DNA from: Azolla caroliniana
Taxonomy: Eukaryota; Plantae; Polypodiophyta
NCBI GenBank assembly: GCA_043228905.1
Contig: JBHGNT010000005.1
Location: 4,588,001-4,652,000, forward strand
Length of the DNA: 64,000 bases
Reading direction: 5' to 3'
The notes beneath the pieces were generated by a model. The model was not told where the DNA came from. It did no database searches and saw only the letters and a list, made by a program, of their open reading frames with translations. The translations under genes were made by a program, and so were the position numbers. Shown here piece by piece: positions 23,201 to 33,622 of the stretch; position 1 is the stretch's first letter; the number at the start of each line of letters is the position of its first letter.

Positions 23201-26200
23201 CGATACATAAACAAACATTGTTTAATTATCTGGACTCTGTTTTGCATCCCATATTGCAATAAAGCCAAAGTGGTTTTGTGTATTAGATGTTCAGTAATTG
23301 GAGAACAATGTATTACCTGCAATGCCTATGGAATGTTTATATGTCAAAATCAAACAAAAAATCAGAATTTATAAATGTCTCTCTCTTTCTACCACAAAAT
23401 CAAGCAAGAAAACTGGAAAAAACTTCACAAATGGAATAAAATCAAATGCATACCACAAAGGAAATACATATCAGAGAACAGAAGTTTCGAGCAGTTCTCT
23501 CAATTGCAGGTGCAGAGAGTTGACTGGTAATCGGGTCTAAGAGAATACCTCACAGGGTTCAACTTTCGAAATTTGAATATTTTAATCAGATTTTAGGGTT
23601 TAGCAGGGTTAGATAATTATAGCTGGCCTAGATGCAGATCATGGTCTAGTTAGAATTTATGGCTCAACTAGAATATATGGTTGAGCTAGATGTAGATAGC
23701 TGCTAATGGCTGGGCTAGAAGGTATGGCTTGGGTTAGAAAATTTGGCTGGGTTAGATGCAAATAACTAGACTTGTTTCTGTTAGAATATATAGGCCAGGT
23801 TAGATAAAATATTGGCTGGTCTAGTAAATAATATAAAAAATTCACACTCGGGTTAGAAATAATAGGACTTTCTCTAGATAATGATCTGAGGTTGCAAGAT
23901 TTCACATGATTACGGAACCATTCCCTAAGCGTCCATTGCGGAGATTATTCCCCTCCTTATTTAATCTTTGGTAGCAGACATAAATGACCTGCTGTTTGTG
24001 CTTCATTGATATCTCCAAAACTGACTTAGTGTGATTATAATACAACGTATGTCTTGCAGAACTCTCAAGAGCATGAATGTCTGTGAAAATAATATAGGAG
24101 CTTGGGTGGATCTTGAGGTTGTAGAGGCATTTCAGGATGCTGCATTGGAGGAGCTTATTCTTGAAGGTATTGATTTAGCTTTAATACTAGAAAAAGGTAC
24201 TCTCTTAAAAAGGTAATGTTGTGAATGTAAAAAGGGAATGTACTGAACGCAAAAAGGAATGTCATGAATGTGAAATGGATGTTGAGAATAATACAATATA
24301 CTTGTACTTGGAGTGAGTGTTTGGATTCTGAGTATATAAATGATGGAGGTTATTGCAAGGGTTTCAAAATAGTCAATATAGGTAGGCCTTTTCTCTTGTC
24401 AGGGATAGTTTTGTATTCTTCCAATTTGATTAAAACCCACATTTCCAATTTACTCGAAGAACATCCATGCAGAGAAACACTCTGCCATGTTGTGAATGTT
24501 CAATAAAAACTGTTCTCCTGTACACAATGCAACATAATAAGTAAGCAGGTCCCATGATACCTGGAGTGGAGAGATGGTTGCTATTGTGGATCAAGAAATT
24601 TTTACCTTTTGGTAGTTAATTCTATTATATTTCAATCCAAAAGGAAAGGGACCTTTCTCTGGGTGGCTTATTACAGGACTTAAAAATGCATGGACGTGTT
24701 AATTTGCTCATTGTTTCTTACAGTAAAATAACTTGAGTGATGAAGTTTTATGTTGTGGAGATTGATGAACTATAAATCATCCACGGAACTTGTGTTTCTA
24801 TACTCAAATAAATGTGTTTCCAGCAACAGATTCTGGATATCTTCTCTGGAGATTTAGGCTATGAGAGAAAATCATGATAATACAACTATGTCAGATGATT
24901 ATGACGGTTATTCTTCTGAGAGCTGTGCGGAGAAGTCTTGGTTTTTGTTTGATTGTATACATACATCAATCATGTATTTATTGGAGGACTTTAACCCTAG
25001 TAACATTAGAACCAGCATTTGTATAATTTGAATTTTATGCTTTTAACAGAAGTTTTTTTCAGGTAACTTCAGAGTTATGAATATTGTTCCACAGACTTCA
25101 GACCTACCAATTTCACCATCTTCTATCCATGAAGATCTGGGTAGTTTAGCTGTAGATAAATTTAAACCAACTATTAAAGATCTTATTATGAATGGATTAC
25201 CAAATGGTTTGAAGCATCTGCAATGTGCTAAATGTGAGCTAAATGATGTTCGAACAAAGGTCTTAGTCACCAGATTGAAATGTTTAACACAAATCCAGGT
25301 TGGAGTTAATTCAACGATATGTTTTTATTCTCGTGTTTGTATATGATAATGTTCTTACCTAGTACCTGGTAAATGCAGAAGCTAGACTTGAGTGGTAATA
25401 AGATCACTTCAGAAGGTGCTGCTGTGATTTTGACCTGGTTACAGGTTTGAGTTCTTGTTCCTTAAAGAAATTAATTGACTTGCTCAAACTTCATAAGCTT
25501 TCTTATTTCTCTCCATTTAGAGTGGCTCTTTGAGTAGGCTACAGTCATCCATAAACCTAGGTACTTGGTTAAAGAGACCACCAGTGATTCAATCGTAGAA
25601 CAATTTTTAGTTTTACATTCCGTGAGAACTAGTGCTATGTTCTTAATAGTAAGGTATTGGCAATTATACAGTCTCATTGTGTTCCTATTTTCTCAGGATA
25701 ATACAACTTTGCTGGAATTGAACCTTTCAAATAATAACATTACAGATTCTTGTTCGATGATACTGAGCAGAGCCATAAAATGCCACGAGAGCCTAGAAAA
25801 GGTTTGGAATAAGTAACAAACTCTACTTCTTTATATTGATGGCATGAAGTCTTTTATTTTTTCCATTTATGAGGGATTTTATGTTCTTTTCCTTTTCTTT
25901 CCACAGATTTCTCTTATGGAAAACTATTCCTTTGGTGAACTAAACTTACATGAGGTACCTCTTCACGAAAATATTTATTACTAGTATATTTTGTCACACA
26001 ATAGATGTTTGCTCGTGAATGTGTTAAACCCACTTATAACTCCACATATATGATGCACAATATTTGCTTTCAGTGAATCAAACATGGTATTTTACATTCA
26101 GTTTTGCTTAGTACCTTGTACCGTTATAGGTGGTGTTGATATTTCAATGTTTTCAAAAGGATCCTGAAGAACTATTTATTCCCTCCACATTTGATTGAAT

Positions 26201-27187
26201 AGGTCTATATCCCTTAGACACCACTTTATTGCTCAGATTAAATTCAATGATGTTATAGCTCAGATTCCATTCCGCTCCGAAAATGTAATGAAATTATTAT
26301 TTTTATTTCTCAAAGGACCATGAGAATCCGTTATCTCCGGATTAATTCATTAACTCTAAAGCGTAGATTTACATCATAAAATCTAATAGTTTACAGTTTA
26401 TTTTTCGTTATGTTTGTAATATACCATGAAAACTGATTAACGGCCATATTAATACAGTAGGTAGATGCTTTTCAAATCCAAAATCTATCATGAAACCATC
26501 ACCACATTGATACATTAGGTCTAGCTTAGATACATGAATTTTTATTGTCCATTTTTCTGTAAATAATTTTCCATATACAATTATAACATCAGAAAGGGTG
26601 GGGCACTCGGACAATTTTTGCCCCTAAACAATAATGAATGCTTTTATGCAAATAAACGTGGTTTGTTGTGGGGTTCTGCAGGTTTTGAGTGCAGCAATGG
26701 AGAGAGGAATGAAGCTAAAGTTGGAGAGGTGCATTGATTTCACATTGGACTTGAGGTTAACTGACATATCATATTTGAGCCAAGCAAGAATCCACAGGCA
26801 AAGAGATCATTATTCTTGTGTAAACTTGTTCATATAGTAACTAAATGAAATCCATGGCAAACTTGATTCACGGAAAAACTAGTCATATTATATATTGTTT
26901 ACTAGCTGTAATATGAAACGGAGCATTCCAAAAACTTTGCTCGTGCTACTTGAATCCAGAGTATATGTTTATACATAAAACTAGACCCAATGAAATTTGC
27001 TATGTATTTGTTGTTTGTTTGTGTTAAATAACCCATTCAAATCTTACATAGCAGGTATATATTTAGGTTGGTCAAGGAAAAAAGGATCACTGCATTCATA
27101 TCTTGGCAAGAGATGTTAGATACCATGTTTTCCACTCTTTTTGTACTTCATGTTTGCTATGTCAAAATTGACATGTTCGCTCATTAA
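11263..27187 (+). CDS. Multi-exon gene: Elongin C/SKP1-like BTB domain + Elongin A-like (BC-box/cullin-box) domain + RNI-like LRRs
   Basis: Phase-consistent GT-AG exons 11263..11518, 12364..12419, 13771..13875, 14062..14164, 14388..14504, 15268..15312, 15563..15624, then uncertain exons (15962..16063?, ~16340..16395?, ~16667..16787), then 20000..20080, 24060..24166, 25063..25298, 25379..25444, 25697..25801, 25907..25954, 26682..26755, 27055..27187?; LRRs e.g. [43 protein letters not shown]. Start, middle and last exons tentative. Confidence 0.75.
11510..12350. repeat. Degenerate ~160-190 bp tandem array at the start of an intron
   Basis: Recurrent blocks (A)GTGAAGGT...TTTTTGAGTG...CATATGTTG..AAATGATTT at ~11512, 11671, 11858, 12028 and partial units to ~12350. 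Confidence 0.6.
16850..17100 (-). mobile_element. 3'-terminal fragment of RTE-like LINE
   Basis: Similar to 20755-20985 and to the LINE 3' ends at 28180 and 59500 (AGGCCAAAA..., AAAGATCTCT..CATAGGT). Confidence 0.5.
17215..17950 (+). mobile_element. Degenerate RTE-like LINE ORF, C-terminal fragment
   Basis: [20 protein letters not shown] and [23 protein letters not shown]...EEHYVC parallel the C-terminus of the 57538 ORF (SWYSIVVSWLFANGIDINNLP; LEIENGR...RLCRLCH..EDEYHF.C). Confidence 0.75.
18011..18642 (-). repeat. Four tandem ~150-170 bp copies of a LINE reverse-transcriptase segment
   Basis: Units at ~18011, 18183, 18343, 18508; minus strand reads [10 protein letters not shown]...[22 protein letters not shown]. 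Confidence 0.85.
20111..23989. mobile_element. Non-autonomous Mutator-like/foldback element; long inverted arms, degenerate 9-bp TSD
   Basis: Left end GCTCATTTCTACCTGCTACCAAATATTAAATAGGAG vs right end CTCCTTATTTAATCTTTGGTAGCAGACATAAATGACC; flanks TGCGGTTTA (20102-20110) and TGCTGTTTG (23990-23998); subterminal CTAACC repeats in both arms. Confidence 0.8.
20742..20984 (-). mobile_element. Short 5'-truncated RTE-like LINE 3' end nested in the left arm of the foldback element
   Basis: (GAAA)n tail + ATATTAACGTCTTT.AAAAGGCCAAAATGGCC matches LINE 3' ends at 28186 and 59520; flanked by a ~60-bp direct duplication. Confidence 0.7.
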
Positions 27188-28112
27188 CAAACAATTCATT
27201 GTATAAGTATATGGATATGCCAAATAAAATTGTTTCTTACCATGGATGTAGGTATTTTGCTCTTTAGTGCTTGTATACTAGTGAACCTTTTCTCAATTTT
27301 GCTAAGCAATGAAGAAGATTACCCATCTATTAGGTAAGTTCTATCTATATTACTCTGTTTTGTTATTAGGCACTTGACTATAAGCATTAGAAACCTTGGT
27401 ATACATTGTTTCATCATTAAGTGTTCTATCCGTTGTGGTTATGAGTGACATGAGTTTGTATTTATGCATGAGTAGTCATTGCATATTCACTCAATGTAGC
27501 CACATTTTAAAGTCATAATAAATCCTCATATTAGTTGTATCAAATGAATGTAACAAGTCAAATTGTCTTGAGGTTCTTGGTTTTCCAAAATGTGTGTGCA
27601 CACAAACACACAACAAAATATAGGATACAATAAGAGAAATAAGAACATGGTGAATCAATTTTGATGTCTCCATTTCCTTATGAGGGAGGGATTGTACAAG
27701 AATTGAAATATTTGCCCCACATTAGTATATAATTTCATTTTTTTTCTCGTAGGGATGTCATCATGAATGTCATTCATTCTCCATTTCTAACAACACCACA
27801 TAATGTTCAACTCTAGCTTATACTCTCCCAAGTTCTAGTAGATCCTTGTCTTTAATAAAAGCATTTTAGATGCAACACGGCAACATTTCCATAGTCCATT
27901 GCGGGGCAGTTTTGATGATTAAAGAGGGAGACTAGAGATGAGACATTGTATGTAGAGACTAAATATACATGGTGATTTCCTTGGTCAAGAAAGACAAGCT
28001 ATCCATATTTTGTTGTCGGTACTATTTTTGTCTTGAATAAGCCATTTCCAGAACTCTCAAGGGGGTATACTCAGAGTTTTAACACACATAGGAGTCACTA
28101 ACATGAAGAAGA

Positions 28113-28118
28113 GTATGG

Positions 28119-28175
<57 letters not shown>
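28113..28175. repeat. (GA)n microsatellite
   Basis: Perfect GA run. Confidence 0.95.
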
Positions 28176-28179
<4 letters not shown>

Positions 28180-30740
28180 TGAAAGATATATTAACGTCTT
28201 CTAAGGCCAAATTTGGCCCATGAGACAATTGGTTTACAACAAAATAGGATGTTTACCCAATCATCAAAAATAAAATAAAATAAAAATAAAAAATAAGATA
28301 AAAGAGTTCCAATATTGTGCAAAACATGTTATGGTGTAACATATTCTATAAAGGAAATGACTTTGTATTAGGCCTAGTTTCATTTCCGTCGAAGTTTCTC
28401 AAAAAGAAGTGGGAGGTCAGCGGGTTTTGATGTGGGTGTGCCTATGTAGAAGGTATCGCAACCATGGCTTCTAGGCAATGTAGCTCACGTTCCCTTATTT
28501 TCTTAATTGCTTCTACACCACGTCGAGATTCTTTGAGAGTATGCCTTGGTATTTTCCCCTTATCTCAACGTAAGTTGGACACTTGCATGTAAAGTGGTCC
28601 TCATCCTCTACCTCAATGTGACATAATCCACATATCCTTTCCTCTCTAGGGACCCCATTAGTACGACCATTCTCAATCTCAAGTTGGTGAGATGATATTC
28701 AAAGTAATCCAATGGCAAACCTTAGCGTATTTGGTAAGAAAGTATCTAGATATTGTGGTGGTGTAATAAAACCTAACTTAGAGAAGTGCATGAAGTGTTG
28801 CTTATAGTACAACATTTTAGATGGGAGTGGCTCTAGTGGGGTGATTCATTTATACCAAGTGTAAATTTGCCATATTTCTTGACATATTACTTTATTGAGG
28901 TCCTTGTGAGAAATTAAAGTTTTATCAATCTTGTGGTTATACCTAAGGGGAGGTAGGTTATTAATGTCTAGGCCGTTTGCAAGAAGCCAACTCACCATCA
29001 TGCTATACCAATAGCTAGTATATCCGAACTCATAAAGTGATTGAGATGCCTCAAAAGCTTAGCGAGATATCCTACCTTGTGGTTGACTATGTATCCTATG
29101 AATAAAGACCATAAGTTGAAAAAGGACTTCTAGTAACATCGGGGGCAAAAGTGAACTCAGCTAGACTAATAATGTGATATGGTACTGTCGATTTGCTTTG
29201 AAGTTGACATGATAACATTGTCACTAGTGGTCTCTCTAATTGCGTCCACCTGAAAGATGGTAGCCCTGGAGCCCAAACCATTGATGCATACATGAGGGAA
29301 GGGGTCACTAATGAGTCGAAGTACCACCCCTTAGTCCTTGGATCTTGAAAGTATGCATGGTGGCATTGTCTCTCTTAAGTCTATCTTTGGTTACCTGTGT
29401 CATCGAAAATTTACCTGAACGGGCATTGAAAGTGACTCCAAGATATACATATGATCCAACCACCTCAATTGGTCTATGAGAGAGGGTTAAGTGGCACTTA
29501 ATTCTAATGCGGGCCAATATGTGAAAGATATGGACTTTAGTTTTCCCTAAATTCACTACCAATCCTCGTTGTGTGCAAAAGTCATTTAAGGCATTAAGGT
29601 GTGTTTGTGGGTCGTGTTTAGACTCAGAGAGCAAAACTATGTCGTCAGCATAGAGCAAGATACTAGTTGCATACCCCCAAGGACTACTCTATTGCCTCCC
29701 TTACAAGCAATAAAATCCGCGATCTCATCAATGTAGATCCCAAAAAGAGTCGGTGATAGGGGGCAACCTTTGTCAGTGTGTCCGTGACAGTCTTGTTTTA
29801 AACTGATGGTGCTAGTGAAGCAATTGGATAAGCCACTTGGGCATCGTACAAAGCCAGAGACTTGCTCATACAGTGCGTGGATGGCCCAAATCATGTCATC
29901 TAGTATCTCCAAGCTTTTAAACCTATCAAATAACTGCTCTCTAGGGACTGTGTCAAAGGCTTTTCGAAAGTCCACAAAACAACAATATAACTTCTTCTTG
30001 TGAGCTATTGTTTGGTCAATTAAACATCTAAGTGTGAAGATATGGTCAATAATAGAGAAGGCTCGTCTAAAGCCAGCCTGTTCTGGTGCTCGAAGACTTA
30101 AGGTCTCCATATTATAATCATTGAGCTCTGCTTCCATTACTGCACCATATAATTTAGTGAGGGTATGACCTATCATAATGGTCCTATATGTATTTGGGTC
30201 AATGGGATCCCCTCCTTTATGTATGGGGGCCACTGTGTTCATAGTCCATGGTGGTGGAAATCCCTCGGCGAGGGCACAATTGAAGATTAGAGTTAGAAAA
30301 TGAGTTAGGCACTCTCGCACATATATGACGTGTTCTGCTCGCAATCCTATGTGGTCCATGGACTTCCTATGTTGTAATTTCTTTATGACCTTTGTGACCC
30401 TAGAGGTTGTGGAAAGTGTCCCCATGGTAGGTCTGGGTGTAGAAGGCATGGGAATGTGTGGCTAGTTCGGGACATGATAAAGTCTCTCTCTATATGTGTG
30501 CCAGTGTTGGGATCCTCAATGGGTGGTTGTGGTCTTGGTTCACGTAGTCTCTTCCATGCAGTGGCATAATCGCTACTCACGAGCATATGGTAGAGTTCAC
30601 AATATTGAGATGTCTCCCACGCTCGTCTCTTACGACATGTCATCTTGCGCATTTCTTTGCAAGCATGTACTGAGGTAATAGTACCACTGAGTCACAATAC
30701 TTTAAGTAGTCTATAAAAGTCTTTACAATACTCATCATAC
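28176..30740 (-). mobile_element. Degenerate RTE-like LINE (RT pseudogene), same family as 57531-59571
   Basis: Frameshifted RT: [63 protein letters not shown]; 3' end nearly identical to 59480-59550. Confidence 0.9.
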
Positions 30741-30759
30741 CATCTATTTTGTGGCATAG

Positions 30760-33006
30760 ACCTTATTCCTCCCTAATTGGAGTGTTTCGTATATGGGAAA
30801 TTGTTAATTGTTGCGGAGTGAAGGATGTGTGTGAGTTCCATAGTAAGGTTTTCTAAAGGCAAGGCGGAAAGAGAGGAGAGGATGGGCCTGAACATGTCAA
30901 GAGTAGATGTTAGAGAGTTCATGTGGAAAATGTATTGTGGTGTGATGGCTTGGTTGACTAGAGTTGGTGGCGTTGGAGATATCGCATTTTAGCTCAAAGT
31001 ATAAGAAGCTATGGTCCACACCAATAGGACATTGGCCCACCCGGAAGGAGTTAATAATGTGGTTGGTTTAATTAAATTAGTTCCAAAGGTGGCATCTCTA
31101 GAGTAATTTCATCAATGGAGACCAATTTCTTTGATGGGGGGGGTTGTATAAGATATTTACAAAGGTCTTGGCAAATAGATTACAAAAGTATTTGCCAAAG
31201 TTGATACATCCCACCCAATATGGTTTTATTGCAGGTAGTAATATATTGCATAATGTTTTGAATGTTCAAATGGCCATGGATTATGCTCGAAACACTCATC
31301 AACAATTGATTATGGTGCAATTAGATTTGGAGAAAGCTTATGATCATGTTAATTGGTCCTTTGTTTCTAGGTTAATGCATACAATGGGCTTTGGACCTCG
31401 TATGTCTCGCCTCATATTTTTATTAGGACAAGATGTGGTGTCTCGAGTAATGCTTAATGGGGGAGTTACATAAGATATTACCCTCACAAGATCCGTTCGT
31501 CAAGGATGCCCTATTAGTCCATTGTTATTTGCTATTGTTACTCATCCCTTGTTAGTGATGCTATCCATGCCTGCAACAAATGGTGATATTGTGGGTCTAC
31601 ACTTTCCGTTTGGAGGGCAACTAGTAGCACAAGCTTTGGTTGATGATTCTTTCATATTTCTACAAGCCTCACGAGAGAATCTTGAGAAGGGGATGCTTGT
31701 ATGGAACCAATTTGCATTGGCTTTTAGATTACATATTAATTGGAGGAAGTCTAGTCTCATATCATGTACTGAAAGGGATTTGGAATGTTTAGGATGGCAA
31801 GGATCCGTGGTGAAGAAAGACTCTATTTTTTGACACTTGACCTATCCATTAGGAATGAATGTTACAAATGGTCAATTGATTGAATGGATGTCTAGTAAGT
31901 TGAGGGATAAGTTCATGTATTGGAAGTCACAATCTTGGCCATTTCATGTACGCTTGAAGGTTGTACAATGTATTATGGAACCCATGATATTATATTACTT
32001 GCCATTGTTTCCATGGACAAAGAAGGTTTTGCATTCTATTTTGCAACCTCTTCGATATTTGTTGTGGAAGAAGAGGGATAAGATGTGAATAACTTGGGTT
32101 GCATGGAATCATCTAGCAACCCCTAAGCGCTTGGGGGGAGCTGGAATATTGAACTTATCTAAGCACATGATGGCTCGTAGATTTTCATTATTACAAGATA
32201 TGTGTTCAAACTCATAACCATGGATATCTATTGTTCAATATTTCATTGAGAACAAGGGTTTAACACATGGGAGGACAATGATTAAGGCTTCATGGTGGCA
32301 ATTACTGAATGGATGTATTTCACTTAGGATTCTGGGCTCTACACGTGTTCAACACTTGGTTACCTCATGGCAAGAAGCACTCCTGTTATGTGTATGGAAA
32401 CCATCATCTAGTAGAGAGCATTGTAATTCTTTCCAAAAAGAGTTGCTTGTGTCTTCTCGGTTATTATGTTGGTCAGAAAAGGAGAGATTGCGCTCTCAAT
32501 TTAATCGTTTTTTTCGTTTGGGGGTCAAAGAGGTGGGAGATATAGTCGAGGCTCCATCTCAAAGAATTTTGGAGTTTGCTGAAGTGCGACAATTATTACG
32601 AATTCCGCCTAATTATGGGTTTATTTGGCAACAACTACAAAATATTTCATTGATGCAAGGTCCCTTACCTCTACAAACAAGAGAACAACCATGGCTAGAT
32701 TGGTGTTTAAACATTTATGAGATATTGGGGATTGCGTCATAATTAGAATATGAGCAACACTTTTGTATTCGATGGTAGACATGGAGTGAAATCATATCTA
32801 CGAAAGTTGAAGGGAGTACTAATGTGGCCATTTTCTTTATTGGAGCAAGTGGAAATTCTTTCCACGGTGGAGTGTTCGTCTTGCCTATTGGCAATTCAAC
32901 ATGTTCCACTACCCATGCAGTGTAGTTAGTGGGTGACCATACTCCATTGTCGCACCCATTGTAAGTAGTGTTTTTTACACACATTTTTTTAATATAATTG
33001 TGTGTT

Positions 33007-33010
<4 letters not shown>
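30760..33010 (+). mobile_element. Degenerate L1/Tx1-like LINE (RT pseudogene), 5'-truncated
   Basis: WRPISLMGG.YKIFTKVLANRLQKYLPKLIHPTQYGFIAG, LDLEKAYDHVNW, RQGCPISP, VDDS, AWNHLATPKRLGGAGILNL; many stops and frameshifts. Confidence 0.9.
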
Positions 33011-33011
<1 letters not shown>

Positions 33012-33066
<55 letters not shown>

Positions 33067-33180
33067 CCGAGTCCTAGTTCAGTTGGTAAGGTTGCCCAAT
33101 GGAGACCTAGGGCTAGTAGTGTAACGACTTACCACTAGGGTAATGTAATTACGATAAAAGAGAGAGAGAGAGAGAGAGAG
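33012..33180. repeat. Two (GA)n tracts (33012-33064, 33159-33181) flanking a 95-bp insert
   Basis: Direct reading. Confidence 0.9.
33064..33159 (+). mobile_element. Putative tRNA-derived SINE relic
   Basis: Pol III A-box-like TAGTTCAGTTGG at 33075-33086, short A tail, inserted in (GA)n; no clear B box. Confidence 0.45.
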
Positions 33181-33502
33181 ACTAGATTAATCGTCTAAGG
33201 TTTTCATGAGAGTCCTTATTGGATTGGCCTTCTAGGGTTATTATAGGGTTTTCATGAGATTCCCGATTGGTCCTCTAGGGTTATCCACCATTGGAAAACC
33301 AAAGAGAAGCTCTCACAGGGGCATGTCGGGGAAATAAAGGGAAAGTCGAGAGAGGGGCATTTTATGGAAATACAAGAAACCGGTGCGCGCGCGAAAGGCT
33401 TTTCTTTGGTTTTGTTTTTGTCTCTTCTGTTCATATCAGAGAAAGGAGAGGGAAGGAACAAAAGCTTTACGATACAGATTAGGGTTCCAATCGTGGACCA
33501 GA

Positions 33503-33511
33503 TTAGGGTTT
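33503..33511 (-). promoter_or_regulatory. Telo-box (TTAGGGTTT) upstream of the Sm D2 ATG
   Basis: Exact reverse complement of AAACCCTAA; further TAGGGTT copies at ~33195-33280 and 33480. Confidence 0.6.
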
Positions 33512-33622
33512 CCTTCTCCCTTCGTTACTTCTTCTGAGTAAGGGTTTTGTTCTTCCTTCCTTCTTCAGACTAGCGGTTTCTTTCTTTTCCTGAGCAGCGG
33601 CAGCACCACCATAATCATCATC

